Part shown: piece after piece, positions 16,230 to 25,448 of the stretch | How the letters are laid out: the number at the start of each line of letters is the position of its first letter | How positions within the stretch are numbered: position 1 is the stretch's first letter | From: Caedibacter taeniospiralis | Lineage (GTDB): Bacteria; Pseudomonadota; Gammaproteobacteria; Francisellales; Francisellaceae | Length of the DNA stretch: 32,000 nucleotides | Direction of reading: 5' to 3' | Assembly: GCF_002803295.2 (NCBI RefSeq) | Contig: NZ_PGGB02000013.1 | Location: forward strand, 5,826 to 37,825 | The notes under the pieces: generated by a model | The model's database searches: none | The model's input: only the letters and a program-made list of their open reading frames with translations | What the model was told of the DNA's origin: nothing | Program-made: the position numbers and the translations under genes

Positions 16230-17386
16230 TTGTTGTTGGTGCTGGCATGGCGGGTCTTACGTGCGCGCTTGGCTTAGCGCAAAGTGGGTTTAAAGTGGCA
16301 ATTATTGAGGCAAATAAAATAGCTAAAGATTTTGAAATCACTCAATCGATTAAGCGTGTCAGTGCCATCAATCAGGACTCGCAGCAATTGCTGCGAAAAT
16401 TAAGTGTCTGGCAGGATATGATTGAGCTTAGAGCGAGTGATTACGTAGGCATGGAAGTATGGGATCAAAATTCATCCGCCAAACTTGAGTTTAAGGCGCA
16501 TGATTTTTCTTTGATGAGTTTAGGAACAATTATTGAGAATGATTTAATTGTCGCTAAGCTATATCAGCGTTTAAAGGCGATGGATGTCCATTTTTTTGAA
16601 GGAGTACATATTACTGAAGTTTCGCAATCTCACTATACAAACATGCTAAAGTTGGCAGATGATTTAATGCTTGAGTGTCAGTTAATCGTTGGGGCTGATG
16701 GGGCTCATTCTTTTATTCGTCAATTTTTTAGATTTAGTTGTAAACACATGCCCTACCAGCATCGTGCGATTGTTGCTAATATCAGGACACAAAAAAAACA
16801 TGCTAATATTGCCTATCAGCGATTCTTACGTAATGGAGTATTGGCGTTTTTACCATTATCTCAGCCAGATGTGTGCTCAATCGTTTATTCGGTTAATACC
16901 CAACAGGCAGGCGATTTTTTGGCAATGAATGATGCTGCTTTTAGTGATCATATCAGCATTGCTTTAGAGGGTCGCTTAGGCGAGCTTAAGACCCAAAGTC
17001 CGAGAATGAGTTTTGAATTAATAGAGCGTCATACAGAGCGCTACTGTCAGGATGGCGTCGTGCTCATTGCCGATGCTGCACATACGATTCACCCATTGGC
17101 AGGGCAGGGCATTAATCTTGGTTTTGCTGATGTTAAAGCATTGATTGATGTCTTAAACGAGGCTAAGGCTCAAAAGCGCAATATTGCAGCGATGAGTACT
17201 CTGGCAAAATATGAGCGCAAACGTAGATTTGATAATCAATTGATGATTGAAATGATGCGCGGTTTAAAGCGGCTTTTTTGTAATGATAATCTTTTGCTTC
17301 GACCATTAAGGGAGCTCGGTATGAATCCGGTGAATAACAACAGGCTGTTAAAGCGCTTTTTTATTGAAAGAGCAGCAGGTTTATAG
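16214..17386 (+). CDS. ubiI: FAD-dependent ubiquinone hydroxylase paralog (UbiI/VisC- or UbiF-like)
   Basis: VIVVGAGMAGL, GADGAHSFIR and IADAAHTIHPLAGQGINLGFADV are present. The gene directly follows and overlaps ubiH, as in E. coli ubiH-ubiI. Confidence 0.7.
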   Translation: MQYEVIVVGAGMAGLTCALGLAQSGFKVAIIEANKIAKDFEITQSIKRVSAINQDSQQLLRKLSVWQDMIELRASDYVGMEVWDQNSSAKLEFKAHDFSLMSLGTIIENDLIVAKLYQRLKAMDVHFFEGVHITEVSQSHYTNMLKLADDLMLECQLIVGADGAHSFIRQFFRFSCKHMPYQHRAIVANIRTQKKHANIAYQRFLRNGVLAFLPLSQPDVCSIVYSVNTQQAGDFLAMNDAAFSDHISIALEGRLGELKTQSPRMSFELIERHTERYCQDGVVLIADAAHTIHPLAGQGINLGFADVKALIDVLNEAKAQKRNIAAMSTLAKYERKRRFDNQLMIEMMRGLKRLFCNDNLLLRPLRELGMNPVNNNRLLKRFFIERAAGL

Positions 17387-17467
17387 AGCAGCTGGTTTTG
17401 CCAATGATTCAACTACAGTAATCGTGTAACGTTTTAAAAATTAGAGTTAGTCCTGCAAAAAAATAGC

Positions 17468-18460
17468 TTATCCCATTATGCTGTGATCGTTGCATTCTGA
17501 TTCCCCAGTAACCTCTGCGGTATGCTTGTACAAGTAGGCTAATAATGCCTTTTCTTGCGTCGTAAAGTTGAGTGGTGCTTTGTTAAAACTTGACCTGGTA
17601 TAGTAAGGCGTTACTTCTTTAATCCAGTGAGTCAGTTTCATATAGTGGTTTTGATCGTATGTATTAAGCTCAACGAGCTGACCGTTTTTAACTTCAAGAG
17701 AGAAGCTTATATTATTAAAAACAAAACGGCGACTAAAGGGCAAAGTTTTACCAAAACGCCATTGCCATGTGCGGAGAGTTTTTTGTTCTTTTACAATTAG
17801 GGGGTGGGATAGATTGTCTGGTAAATAGGTAATTTGCTGCTGAAATTGGTGTAGAAAGGCATTTTCAATAATGGCTATGGTTGTTTGTGTATTAATTTCA
17901 CTGAGATTAATTACCTTTGAGCGATTGGATGGAACGCCTTTTGATGTAAGTGAATCATCTATCGTGTGGTGCAGGTAGTTATATAGCTTGCTTGTATCTG
18001 CATTAATCAGTAGCGTGCCATGGTGAAAGGATTTATCTCTGGTTTCACGGAAAGCGCTGCCTGAGATTTTGTAGTCAGTATTCTTATACGTAACCAGAAT
18101 ATCATTGTGTGGTGAGGCATGGGCATTAATGCCACAACACCTTAGGATATCAATGATTAGTGCCAAATTAGCCTGTTTATTATAATCCTCTGATTTTGCC
18201 ATGATCGTATAGTTTAAATTACCCAGATCATGATAAACCGTGCCACCACCACTTTGACGGCGCACGATGGGGATACGATCTTTATTTAAGGCATCGATAT
18301 TACATTCACGCCATGGGTTTTGCGCGCGACCAATCACGACACAAGGGCTGTTTTGCCATAAATATAAAATAGGGGTGTCAGTCAGCATTTCACGAAATAG
18401 CCAGTTTTCAACAGCCAGGTTATAGAAAGGGTCACGACTTGTAGCGATATAGAGGTTCAT
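17468..18460 (-). CDS. lplA: Lipoate-protein ligase A
   Basis: Colinear with E. coli LplA from MNLYIATSRDPFYNLAVENWLF...VVIGRAQNPWRECN...RRQSGGGTVYHDLGN...KISGSAFRETRDKSFHHGTLL. I prefer the start at 18460. The 47-aa N-terminal extension in the track has no LplA counterpart. Confidence 0.85.
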   Translation of the reverse strand: MNLYIATSRDPFYNLAVENWLFREMLTDTPILYLWQNSPCVVIGRAQNPWRECNIDALNKDRIPIVRRQSGGGTVYHDLGNLNYTIMAKSEDYNKQANLALIIDILRCCGINAHASPHNDILVTYKNTDYKISGSAFRETRDKSFHHGTLLINADTSKLYNYLHHTIDDSLTSKGVPSNRSKVINLSEINTQTTIAIIENAFLHQFQQQITYLPDNLSHPLIVKEQKTLRTWQWRFGKTLPFSRRFVFNNISFSLEVKNGQLVELNTYDQNHYMKLTHWIKEVTPYYTRSSFNKAPLNFTTQEKALLAYLYKHTAEVTGESECNDHSIMG

Positions 18461-18611
18461 TTGTTTAGGTATTTTGTATTTTGAGGGTGGTAATTTTAGA
18501 GAAAAGTGAGAACTAAAGCCAATGTAAATTGGTTTAAACAAATATTCATGAATCGGAAGCTTTCCATAAAAGGCAACGTAAGGGTATTTTGGCGAAAGCA
18601 CATTAAGACCT

Positions 18612-18818
18612 TTATTTCAATTGTTTAAGCTCGTCCACACTTAAGCCAGTTGCTTTTGAGATTTGCTCATCTGTAAGACCCAATTGTTTTAAATTCTTCG
18701 CCACCTCAAATTTTCCCTTGAGAATCCCTTTTTCAATTCCTGTCTCTATGCCTTCTGCCCTGGCAAGCTCCATGTTCTGGATGTAGGCAGAATGCTCATC
18801 TTCGATTTTCTCATCTGC
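18612..18818 (-). pseudogene. C-terminal remnant of an Rpn/YhgA-like (PD-(D/E)XK) recombination-promoting nuclease / putative transposase
   Basis: My own translation gives ADEKIEDEHSAYIQNMELARAEGIETGIEKGILKGKFEVAKNLKQLGLTDEQISKATGLSVDELKQLK*. This matches the characteristic helical tail of that family. An in-frame stop lies immediately upstream and no nuclease domain is present. Confidence 0.5.
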
Positions 18819-18849
18819 TTATTTTTAGACCTGCTGGGTAGTTACGTTT

Positions 18850-20031
18850 TTATAAACTCCCCTCAATCATCGCATTTGCCGCCATTACCAAGGGTGAAAT
18901 AACCTCAGTAGCTCCAAGTGATCTGGCTTTTTGGATATTGTTTTTCTGATTGATACGTATGGTGATTTTAGCTTGGTTTGATCCTGGGTTAGCTTGAAAA
19001 AACTCATTAATACTAAGCAAGGTCAGAATATTATCTGCATCTTTCTCAGATCCAATAATAATTGCATGTGCATCTTTAAGGCTTGCTTTATCCAGGATTT
19101 CGGGATCATTCGCATTGCCATGCAGTGTTACAGCCCTAAGTTCAGCGGTGTCAGCGTTTTCATTGTGCTCGCTGTCAATAATTAGAAATTTTTTACTTTG
19201 GTGTAGTAACTCACGAACAATAATGTGAGTCAGATCATTTAAGCCACAAATAATAATATGATCTTTCATATGTTTTTTCCCCTTGTTAAATGTTTGAAAC
19301 AGGTTTTGCAAGCGATCAATAAACGCACTAACAATAAAAGTTAAAATGGCGGCAAAGGCGCCAAGACCAATAAAAATCATCGATATTACAAATAAACGGG
19401 CTTCATTTGTAATCGGGGTGATATCGCCGTAACCCACGGTACTAAAAGTGACGACAGTAAAATAAATGGCATCAGACCAATCCTTAATTCCATTGAATTG
19501 GTCACGCAATAAATAAGCTCCGATAACACCATATGAGAACGCAAAGATAAAAGACAGGATAACGATAAATTGTGGGTAACTGAGCTTTATGCTCTGTGAG
19601 TGGACATTAAAAACTTTCCAACTAACGGCAAGACCAAGTATTTCTATAAAGTAAAACCATGTCAAGAAACCTGAGCGTGAATAGACAAAAATATTAGTTA
19701 AAAATAAGGCGATAAGCATCAATAATGCCAGTATCCAGAAAAGTCGCAGGCGTCGGTATATACCTCGCCCAATGAGAAGCATTAAGTAACCAACAAGGCA
19801 TGAGATGAGGGTATTAAACTCTTTAAATTCCTGTTCTACGATAATGTGATCCACAAACCGTACTCCCTCATCATGAATGGCAGCTTTGATAAAAGGAAAA
19901 ACCCCAATTAAAATAGCAAAAATACCATTTAGAAACAGTAAGATGGCAAGGAACAAAGGAATGTTAAAACGTATGATTTTCTTTTGGCAGAAAGTCAGCA
20001 ATCTTTGCATAAGCGATCCTGGTTTGATCAA
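18850..20031 (-). CDS. Kch-like potassium channel: multi-TM pore domain plus a cytoplasmic RCK/TrkA-N domain
   Basis: Selectivity filter TVGYGD; about 6 predicted TM segments; C-terminal IIICGLNDLTHIIVRELL...IIIGSEKD Rossmann-like RCK with a degenerate glycine motif, as in E. coli Kch. Confidence 0.8.
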   Translation of the reverse strand: MIKPGSLMQRLLTFCQKKIIRFNIPLFLAILLFLNGIFAILIGVFPFIKAAIHDEGVRFVDHIIVEQEFKEFNTLISCLVGYLMLLIGRGIYRRLRLFWILALLMLIALFLTNIFVYSRSGFLTWFYFIEILGLAVSWKVFNVHSQSIKLSYPQFIVILSFIFAFSYGVIGAYLLRDQFNGIKDWSDAIYFTVVTFSTVGYGDITPITNEARLFVISMIFIGLGAFAAILTFIVSAFIDRLQNLFQTFNKGKKHMKDHIIICGLNDLTHIIVRELLHQSKKFLIIDSEHNENADTAELRAVTLHGNANDPEILDKASLKDAHAIIIGSEKDADNILTLLSINEFFQANPGSNQAKITIRINQKNNIQKARSLGATEVISPLVMAANAMIEGSL

Positions 20032-20155
20032 AATAGGTGTTTAATTGCCTTTATACCTTAGATAACTCTACGCTGAAGTCAATAAAGATGTGTGTTTACG
20101 GTTTGTATTTCTTGCGGTGATCAGTGTTTTATCGTATGGCGGTAAAATACTATAA

Positions 20156-20284
20156 CCATCTTCCCGCCCATTTTACTTTAAACACCCCGTCCGCACGCCT
20201 GACCACTTTGAAGTGGTCAGGCAAGTGTCCACCCCTCTTGGAAAGAGGGGAATTTAACGCAAGGGCGGGAAGACGGTCAGAGCC
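20156..20284. repeat. MITE-like repeat, copy B, with the best-preserved TIRs and two internal perfect hairpins
   Basis: Left CCATCTTCCCGCCCA at 20156-20170. Right GGGCGGGAAGACGGTCAGAGCC at 20263-20284; its reverse complement matches the copy A left TIR in 21 of 23 positions. Internal hairpins at 20198-20221 (11-bp arms) and 20232-20250 (8-bp arms). Confidence 0.7.
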
Positions 20285-20361
20285 AAATAACAAAACCTTA
20301 AAATTCAACGTACAGGTTGATAGCGCATGCTTTTGGTTGAATAGCTGCTGCTGTATCCCTA

Positions 20362-21825
20362 TTAATTCAACTGATGACCAAGTTTTGAAACAAACTGCTC
20401 ACTAGTGACTATCAGGAAAAAGACGATGGCAAGCATAATGGTCGCAATAATTGAACTGGCTACTAACATTAAAACCCATAAAAACAGGGTAAAGCTTAAT
20501 GCAAACCAGTTAAATCCACCTTGCTTTAGCTGCAATACTGCATAAACTGCCATCATGATCGTGATGGCTAAGTTATTTAGTAGAAAATCTTTTACAGGCA
20601 AAGTTGCCAATAGCAACGCTAAAACAACAAACACGAACAAGGTCATGAACTTGGTCGATATTTTTTTACTTCCTAAGACAGCAAGTGATAAGGGTGCTCC
20701 CATGTAGCCAAGGACGTTAAAAGCTGTGGTTATTACCATCAAAGATGCCCAGCTCGCTGAGTTTAGTAGAACAATAATGCCAATAATAAAGTTCAACAGT
20801 AGTGAACGCTTGGATAAGTGGTGCACAGGGCACAGCTTAGCGATCCAACGCGGCATTTGTCCTTTTTCTGCCATGGCATACAGCATTCTTGAGCATGATC
20901 CTAAATAAGTTAAGCCAGTGATGGATGGGCTGACAATAGAATCTGCGATCAATAAAATGGTCAAAAAGTTTAAGCCTAAAAGCATGGTTAAATTGACTAA
21001 AGGACTTGAGAAATTAAGAGCTGCCCAGCCTTTTTCTGCCACTTCCTGTGGCATTGCCGTCATAAAAGTAAACTGTAGCAGCATATAGAGTGCTAAAGTT
21101 ATGGCAATGGAAATAATAATCGCAAGCGGAATGTTGCGTGTTGGGTTTTTAATTTCACTGGCAAAGGACGCAACTACTTGAAAGCCATTAAAAGCGTAGA
21201 CAAGACCTGCGCCAATCAAGGCGGTTTGAATAGAGCTTGCGTTATAATGATTGACGGCAAGATCAAGGTTTGTAGCATCAAAGTGCGCTACTAATAAGAC
21301 AATGATGGTTAAGGTTGGAATGCTGATCTTGAAAACTGTCGAGACGTTATTGACATAGGCAAGCAACTTGATACCAAAATAATTGACAATAAAGTAGATT
21401 CCTAAGATAACAATGGCGAAAATCTTACCAGACCAGGTCAAACTGTTCCCGTGATATAGGGTTGTAAATTTAACAAAAGGGCTTAGATATTGTACCGTTG
21501 CTTGTGCTTCAGTGGGAATCATTGCCAATAAACCAAACCAGATAGCAAAGGCAAACACCATGCCAAAATCTTTACCATGACTTAAGGATACACATTTTGC
21601 ATTGAGTCCACGTTCTGGGAAAAGTGCACATAACCTGGCAAAGCACAACCCCACGATGATTGCAATAAACGCAGCAAGGATCCAGGCAATAAATGCGTAG
21701 TTTCCCGCAAGTTGCGCATTTAACTGTGCACTAAAAAGCCATCCTGAACCAACCATTGAGGTGACGGGAATGGCAATGGCTGAAAACAGCCCTATCTTGT
21801 GTCTTTGCATTGAATAATCTCCCAT
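20362..21825 (-). CDS. APC-superfamily amino acid permease
   Basis: 487 aa with about 12 TM segments. The N-terminal IGLFSAIAIPVTSMVGSGWLF is typical of the first APC TM helix. The start could instead be MQRHK at 21810. Confidence 0.75.
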   Translation of the reverse strand: MGDYSMQRHKIGLFSAIAIPVTSMVGSGWLFSAQLNAQLAGNYAFIAWILAAFIAIIVGLCFARLCALFPERGLNAKCVSLSHGKDFGMVFAFAIWFGLLAMIPTEAQATVQYLSPFVKFTTLYHGNSLTWSGKIFAIVILGIYFIVNYFGIKLLAYVNNVSTVFKISIPTLTIIVLLVAHFDATNLDLAVNHYNASSIQTALIGAGLVYAFNGFQVVASFASEIKNPTRNIPLAIIISIAITLALYMLLQFTFMTAMPQEVAEKGWAALNFSSPLVNLTMLLGLNFLTILLIADSIVSPSITGLTYLGSCSRMLYAMAEKGQMPRWIAKLCPVHHLSKRSLLLNFIIGIIVLLNSASWASLMVITTAFNVLGYMGAPLSLAVLGSKKISTKFMTLFVFVVLALLLATLPVKDFLLNNLAITIMMAVYAVLQLKQGGFNWFALSFTLFLWVLMLVASSIIATIMLAIVFFLIVTSEQFVSKLGHQLN

Positions 21826-21958
21826 ATGAATTTCTTACTCAGACGCTCATATACTAATGACAAATAAGGAAATTTCACTATAAATTTTGGTGTTTTTTTA
21901 CAAATATTCATGAGTGTATCTTAATTGTTCCTACCCATCTAGGTGGGCAGAAATTTAT

Positions 21959-23746
21959 TTAATTGCTTGCAATAATTTGCAACAGCCATTTTTTGTTTTT
22001 GTTTAATAGTTCATATTGACTCAGTGGTTGCTGGTAAGCGACACCCATATACTGCAAAGCTTGCTGTGCAATACTGGCAAACACAGGAGCCGCAGACACC
22101 CCGCCAAATTGGTAAAAGTGACTTCCTTTGGGATTGTTGATCCAGACAACAATAGCAAGCCTTGGATTGCTGACGGGCGCAATGCCCGCAAAGATCGCAT
22201 TGTATTGATCAACAAATTGACCATTGGCAACGCGATGTGAGGTCCCTGTTTTACCCGCAACCTCAAATCCTGGGATATTGGCAAGAATTCCCGTGCCATG
22301 AATGCTAACAACGGTTTGTAGCATGGCAAGTACTTCCTGGGCAATGTTTTCAGGGAGGACTTGTGGGCATGTTATATCGCCTCGATGTTTGAGTTTGATA
22401 AGACTTACAGGGCATAGCCTGCCATTGTTACCAAAAATAGTATAAGCATGGGCAAGTTGTAAGGCGGATGTGTTGAGTGCATAGCCAAATGAAAGAGTTG
22501 CAAATTCAAACTCGCTTAATGAATTTAAGGTGGGCAAATAACCGTTGGTTGCCCGTGGGAAATTAATGCCTGATGGTTGACCAAAGCCTAATGTGGAAAG
22601 AAAGTTATACATGGCTTCTTTGTCTAGTGTCATGGTTACCTTGCTAACACCAACATTACTGGACTTCTCTAGAATTTGAGAGAGGCTGATGTTGCCAAAG
22701 TTAGCGTCATCACGGATTCGGTGATGTTGCAAGAAATAGTAGCCTGGGTTGGTGTCGATGATACTATCAGGCGTGTATTTTCCTGACAAGAGTGCTTGTG
22801 AGATAAAAAATGGTTTAATGGTAGAACCTGGTTCAAACGTTTCGATGACAGGTTGCAAGGCAAGCGCATTACCTGTATGTTCATTGAAGTTGTTAGGATT
22901 AAAACTTGGGTAGCTGGCTAGTGCCAATATTTCACCGTTTTTTGGATCAATAACAACGGCAGCGCCGGCGTCCGCATTGGTATCGATGACACCTTGTTTA
23001 AGTGCATTATAAGCAAAACTTTGGATGTTGCTGTCTATGGTTAAATGAATATTTTTACCTAAGTGATAATGCTGAGCTGTCCCATCAAAGGTAATGGCAT
23101 GCGCTTTTCCATCTAACTCACTGGAAAGTGTACCTTGTTCCGCCTTAAGCTCAGTTTGATAAGCGAGCATCAGACCATCCTGTCCCTGATTGGCAATATC
23201 AGTAAAGCCTACTAAGGGGGCAATTTCATCGGCTTTGGGATAATAGGTCCTGTTTTGATCTTCGATTTGAACACCAGGTATGTGCAATACTTTTAAATCA
23301 TCAATTTTAGAAGGCTCGACAAATTGTGCTGCAATGTAATATGGTTTGTTGGGGTATTTTTGGATGAGCTCCTTTATGTCAGCAAGAGACAAGCCATCAA
23401 CATTGGCTTGATCAATTTTTTGGTAGTCATCAGGATGCTCTTTGAGGACCCTGATATCTAAAACGATCCTATAAAGGTTGGTACTCACTGCCAAGGGGAT
23501 GCCATTTCTATCGTAGATAATCCCATAGGTTGCATTTAGATCAATGGTGCGGTGACTTTCGCTGTAACCACGATCGTTTAGAAACTTTTTATCGGTCGTC
23601 GTTAGATAAAACAAGCGATAAACAAGTGCTAGGAAAATGCTCACAATGATCAAGAAAGTAAAAAAGAAGCGCCAAATGTGTCGTGGTTTTGGATTTTTTT
23701 GCAGTTTATTTATAGTTGTCGGGGAGCTTTTATACGCTTGCTTCAT
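21959..23746 (-). CDS. ftsI: Class B penicillin-binding protein, FtsI/PBP3-type transpeptidase
   Basis: N-terminal TM anchor; YDRNGIPLAVS dimerisation-domain motif; the catalytic triad of motifs SxxK (GSTIKP), SxN (KSSNVG) and KTG (GKTGTS). Confidence 0.85.
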   Translation of the reverse strand: MKQAYKSSPTTINKLQKNPKPRHIWRFFFTFLIIVSIFLALVYRLFYLTTTDKKFLNDRGYSESHRTIDLNATYGIIYDRNGIPLAVSTNLYRIVLDIRVLKEHPDDYQKIDQANVDGLSLADIKELIQKYPNKPYYIAAQFVEPSKIDDLKVLHIPGVQIEDQNRTYYPKADEIAPLVGFTDIANQGQDGLMLAYQTELKAEQGTLSSELDGKAHAITFDGTAQHYHLGKNIHLTIDSNIQSFAYNALKQGVIDTNADAGAAVVIDPKNGEILALASYPSFNPNNFNEHTGNALALQPVIETFEPGSTIKPFFISQALLSGKYTPDSIIDTNPGYYFLQHHRIRDDANFGNISLSQILEKSSNVGVSKVTMTLDKEAMYNFLSTLGFGQPSGINFPRATNGYLPTLNSLSEFEFATLSFGYALNTSALQLAHAYTIFGNNGRLCPVSLIKLKHRGDITCPQVLPENIAQEVLAMLQTVVSIHGTGILANIPGFEVAGKTGTSHRVANGQFVDQYNAIFAGIAPVSNPRLAIVVWINNPKGSHFYQFGGVSAAPVFASIAQQALQYMGVAYQQPLSQYELLNKNKKWLLQIIASN

Positions 23747-23809
23747 GTATGAATGGTATAGCTACTTGGTGTCGTTGGCACTGAGTGTACGGGAATTTGT
23801 GTCATATAG

Positions 23810-23837
23810 CCAGGGGCGAAATATTTTTCGCCCCTGG
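23810..23837. repeat. Perfect 12-bp-stem palindrome CCAGGGGCGAAA-tatt-TTTCGCCCCTGG
   Basis: Read directly from the sequence. It lies in the divergent ftsI/tyrS intergenic region. A truncated second copy is at 10036-10056. Confidence 0.7.
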
Positions 23838-23907
23838 CTCAGGTGGCAATTGCCTTTTGTGGCTAATCTTGGTATACATAAGGGCGAAATTGAGGGTGAA
23901 TAAAATC

Positions 23908-23996
23908 GCTCCGACCATCTTTCCACGCAGTGGATTCCCGTCTCCGCAGGAATGACCGTGAATATTTTGTTTGGGCGGGAAATTTGTCTAAGTCAA
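23908..23996. repeat. MITE-like repeat, copy C (short form), ending 29 nt upstream of the tyrS ATG
   Basis: GCTCCGACCATCTTTCCACGCA (a degenerate left TIR), TGGATTCCCGTCTCCGCAGGAATGACCGTGA (the same core as copy A), the right TIR TGGGCGGGAA at 23972-23981, and the shared tail AATTTGTCTAAGTCA. Confidence 0.6.
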
Positions 23997-24024
23997 TAAA
24001 ATAAAACGAAGGTGACATATATCT

Positions 24025-25224
24025 ATGTATAGTATTGAGCAAACATTAGCGGTGATTAAGCGTGGTGCAGAAGAGGTTTTGTTGGAAGAAGACTTAGTTG
24101 CTAAGCTCAAGAAAAAGAAACCGTTAGTTGTCAAATTTGGCTGTGATCCAACGGCACCTGATATTCATTTGGGGCACACGGTGGTGATTAATAAATTACG
24201 TCAGTTACAGGATTTAGGGCATGAGATCCATTTCTTAATTGGGAACTTTACCGCGCAAATTGGTGATCCAACGGGCAAAAATACGACTCGACCACCCTTG
24301 TCGACCAAAGAGGTTGAGGAAAATGCCAAGACGTATCAACAGCAGATTTTTAAAATTCTGGATCGTGAGAAGACCATCATTAAACGCAATGGTGACTGGT
24401 TTGATCAAATGAGTGCCAGTGACGTGATCAAATTGGCTTCCAGGCAAACGGTGGCAAGGATGCTTGAGCGCGATGATTTCTCTAAGCGCTATAAATCAGG
24501 ACAAGGCATTGCGATTCATGAGTTTTTATATCCGCTGGTGCAAGGATATGATTCGGTTGAGATGAAGGCAGATATTGAACTAGGAGGAACCGATCAGAAG
24601 TTTAATTTATTGATGGGTAGAGAGCTACAAAAACAGGCAGGACAAGAGCCACAGGTGATTATTACCATGCCGTTGTTAGCGGGTTTGGATGGCGTCAAGA
24701 AAATGTCTAAATCAGCGAATAATTACATTGGGATTGAGGAACCAGCAGATGAGATGTTTGGTAAAATCATGTCGATCTCGGATGAGCTTATGTGGCGTTA
24801 CTATGAACTGTTGAGCTTTAAACCCATGTCAGAAATCAATTATTTAAAACAAGCGGTGGCAGACGGCTATAATCCGCGGGATGTCAAGATTGCACTGGCG
24901 AAAGAGATCATTGCACGCTTTCATGATGAGGTGGCGGCGGAACAAGCCCATCAGCATTTTATTGATCGTTTTCAAAAGAATCAGATTCCGGAGGATTTGC
25001 CCGAGGAAACCATCCAGTTAGAAGAAGATAATATGCCGATTGCCAATGTGCTAAAGCTCGCAGGATTAGTTTCCAGCACATCAGAGGCGATTCGTATGAT
25101 TAAGCAGGGTGCGGTTAAAATCAATGGGGATAAAGTAGAGAACCCTCAGCTTGCATTAAAGCAAAAAACCTCGGATATTTATCAGGTAGGTAAGAGAAAA
25201 TTTGCCAAGATTACACTGTCATAG
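24025..25224 (+). CDS. tyrS: Tyrosine--tRNA ligase (short, type 2 form with a C-terminal S4 domain)
   Basis: HIGH motif (PDIHLGH), KMSKS motif and C-terminal S4-like [19 protein letters not shown]. 399 aa. Confidence 0.93.
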   Translation: MYSIEQTLAVIKRGAEEVLLEEDLVAKLKKKKPLVVKFGCDPTAPDIHLGHTVVINKLRQLQDLGHEIHFLIGNFTAQIGDPTGKNTTRPPLSTKEVEENAKTYQQQIFKILDREKTIIKRNGDWFDQMSASDVIKLASRQTVARMLERDDFSKRYKSGQGIAIHEFLYPLVQGYDSVEMKADIELGGTDQKFNLLMGRELQKQAGQEPQVIITMPLLAGLDGVKKMSKSANNYIGIEEPADEMFGKIMSISDELMWRYYELLSFKPMSEINYLKQAVADGYNPRDVKIALAKEIIARFHDEVAAEQAHQHFIDRFQKNQIPEDLPEETIQLEEDNMPIANVLKLAGLVSSTSEAIRMIKQGAVKINGDKVENPQLALKQKTSDIYQVGKRKFAKITLS

Positions 25225-25232
25225 GAGAAAAA

Positions 25233-25430
25233 ATGGAAAAGTTTATTCAAGAAGTTCTCGTCGTCTTTACAGCATTAATCGCATTGGTGGTGTTGTATTA
25301 TGCGTTTGTTTTTTTATTCTGGATTTTATTAGTTGCCATAATGGTAACTGCAGTTTATCGCATTATTAAATTTATTGTTGGCTTATTTATGTCAAAGAGC
25401 AATCATGTGATTGAACATGAAGATCTATAA
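25233..25430 (+). CDS. Small hydrophobic protein of unknown function, with two predicted TM helices
   Basis: 65-aa ORF starting 8 nt after tyrS with a GGAGAA Shine-Dalgarno. It has two long hydrophobic stretches. I do not recognise a family. Confidence 0.4.
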   Translation: MEKFIQEVLVVFTALIALVVLYYAFVFLFWILLVAIMVTAVYRIIKFIVGLFMSKSNHVIEHEDL

Positions 25431-25448
25431 GCATTAAAAGAGGCATGC

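Noticed and set aside
17468-18601. Long N-terminal extensions proposed by the ORF track for lplA (47 aa), gnd (40 aa, to 31520), the RiPP precursor (13 aa, to 13960) and the DUF692 gene (7 aa, to 13592)
   Set aside because: Homologues start at the internal Met in each case. The extensions have no family counterpart, and the precursor's internal start has a near-perfect Shine-Dalgarno sequence.
6623-23996. The three GGCTCCGACC...GGGCGGGAA repeats considered as a CRISPR array or a REP cluster
   Set aside because: The copies are more than 3 kb to 13 kb apart. They are not regularly spaced, have inverted termini and variable interiors, and no cas genes are present. They fit dispersed MITE-like elements instead.
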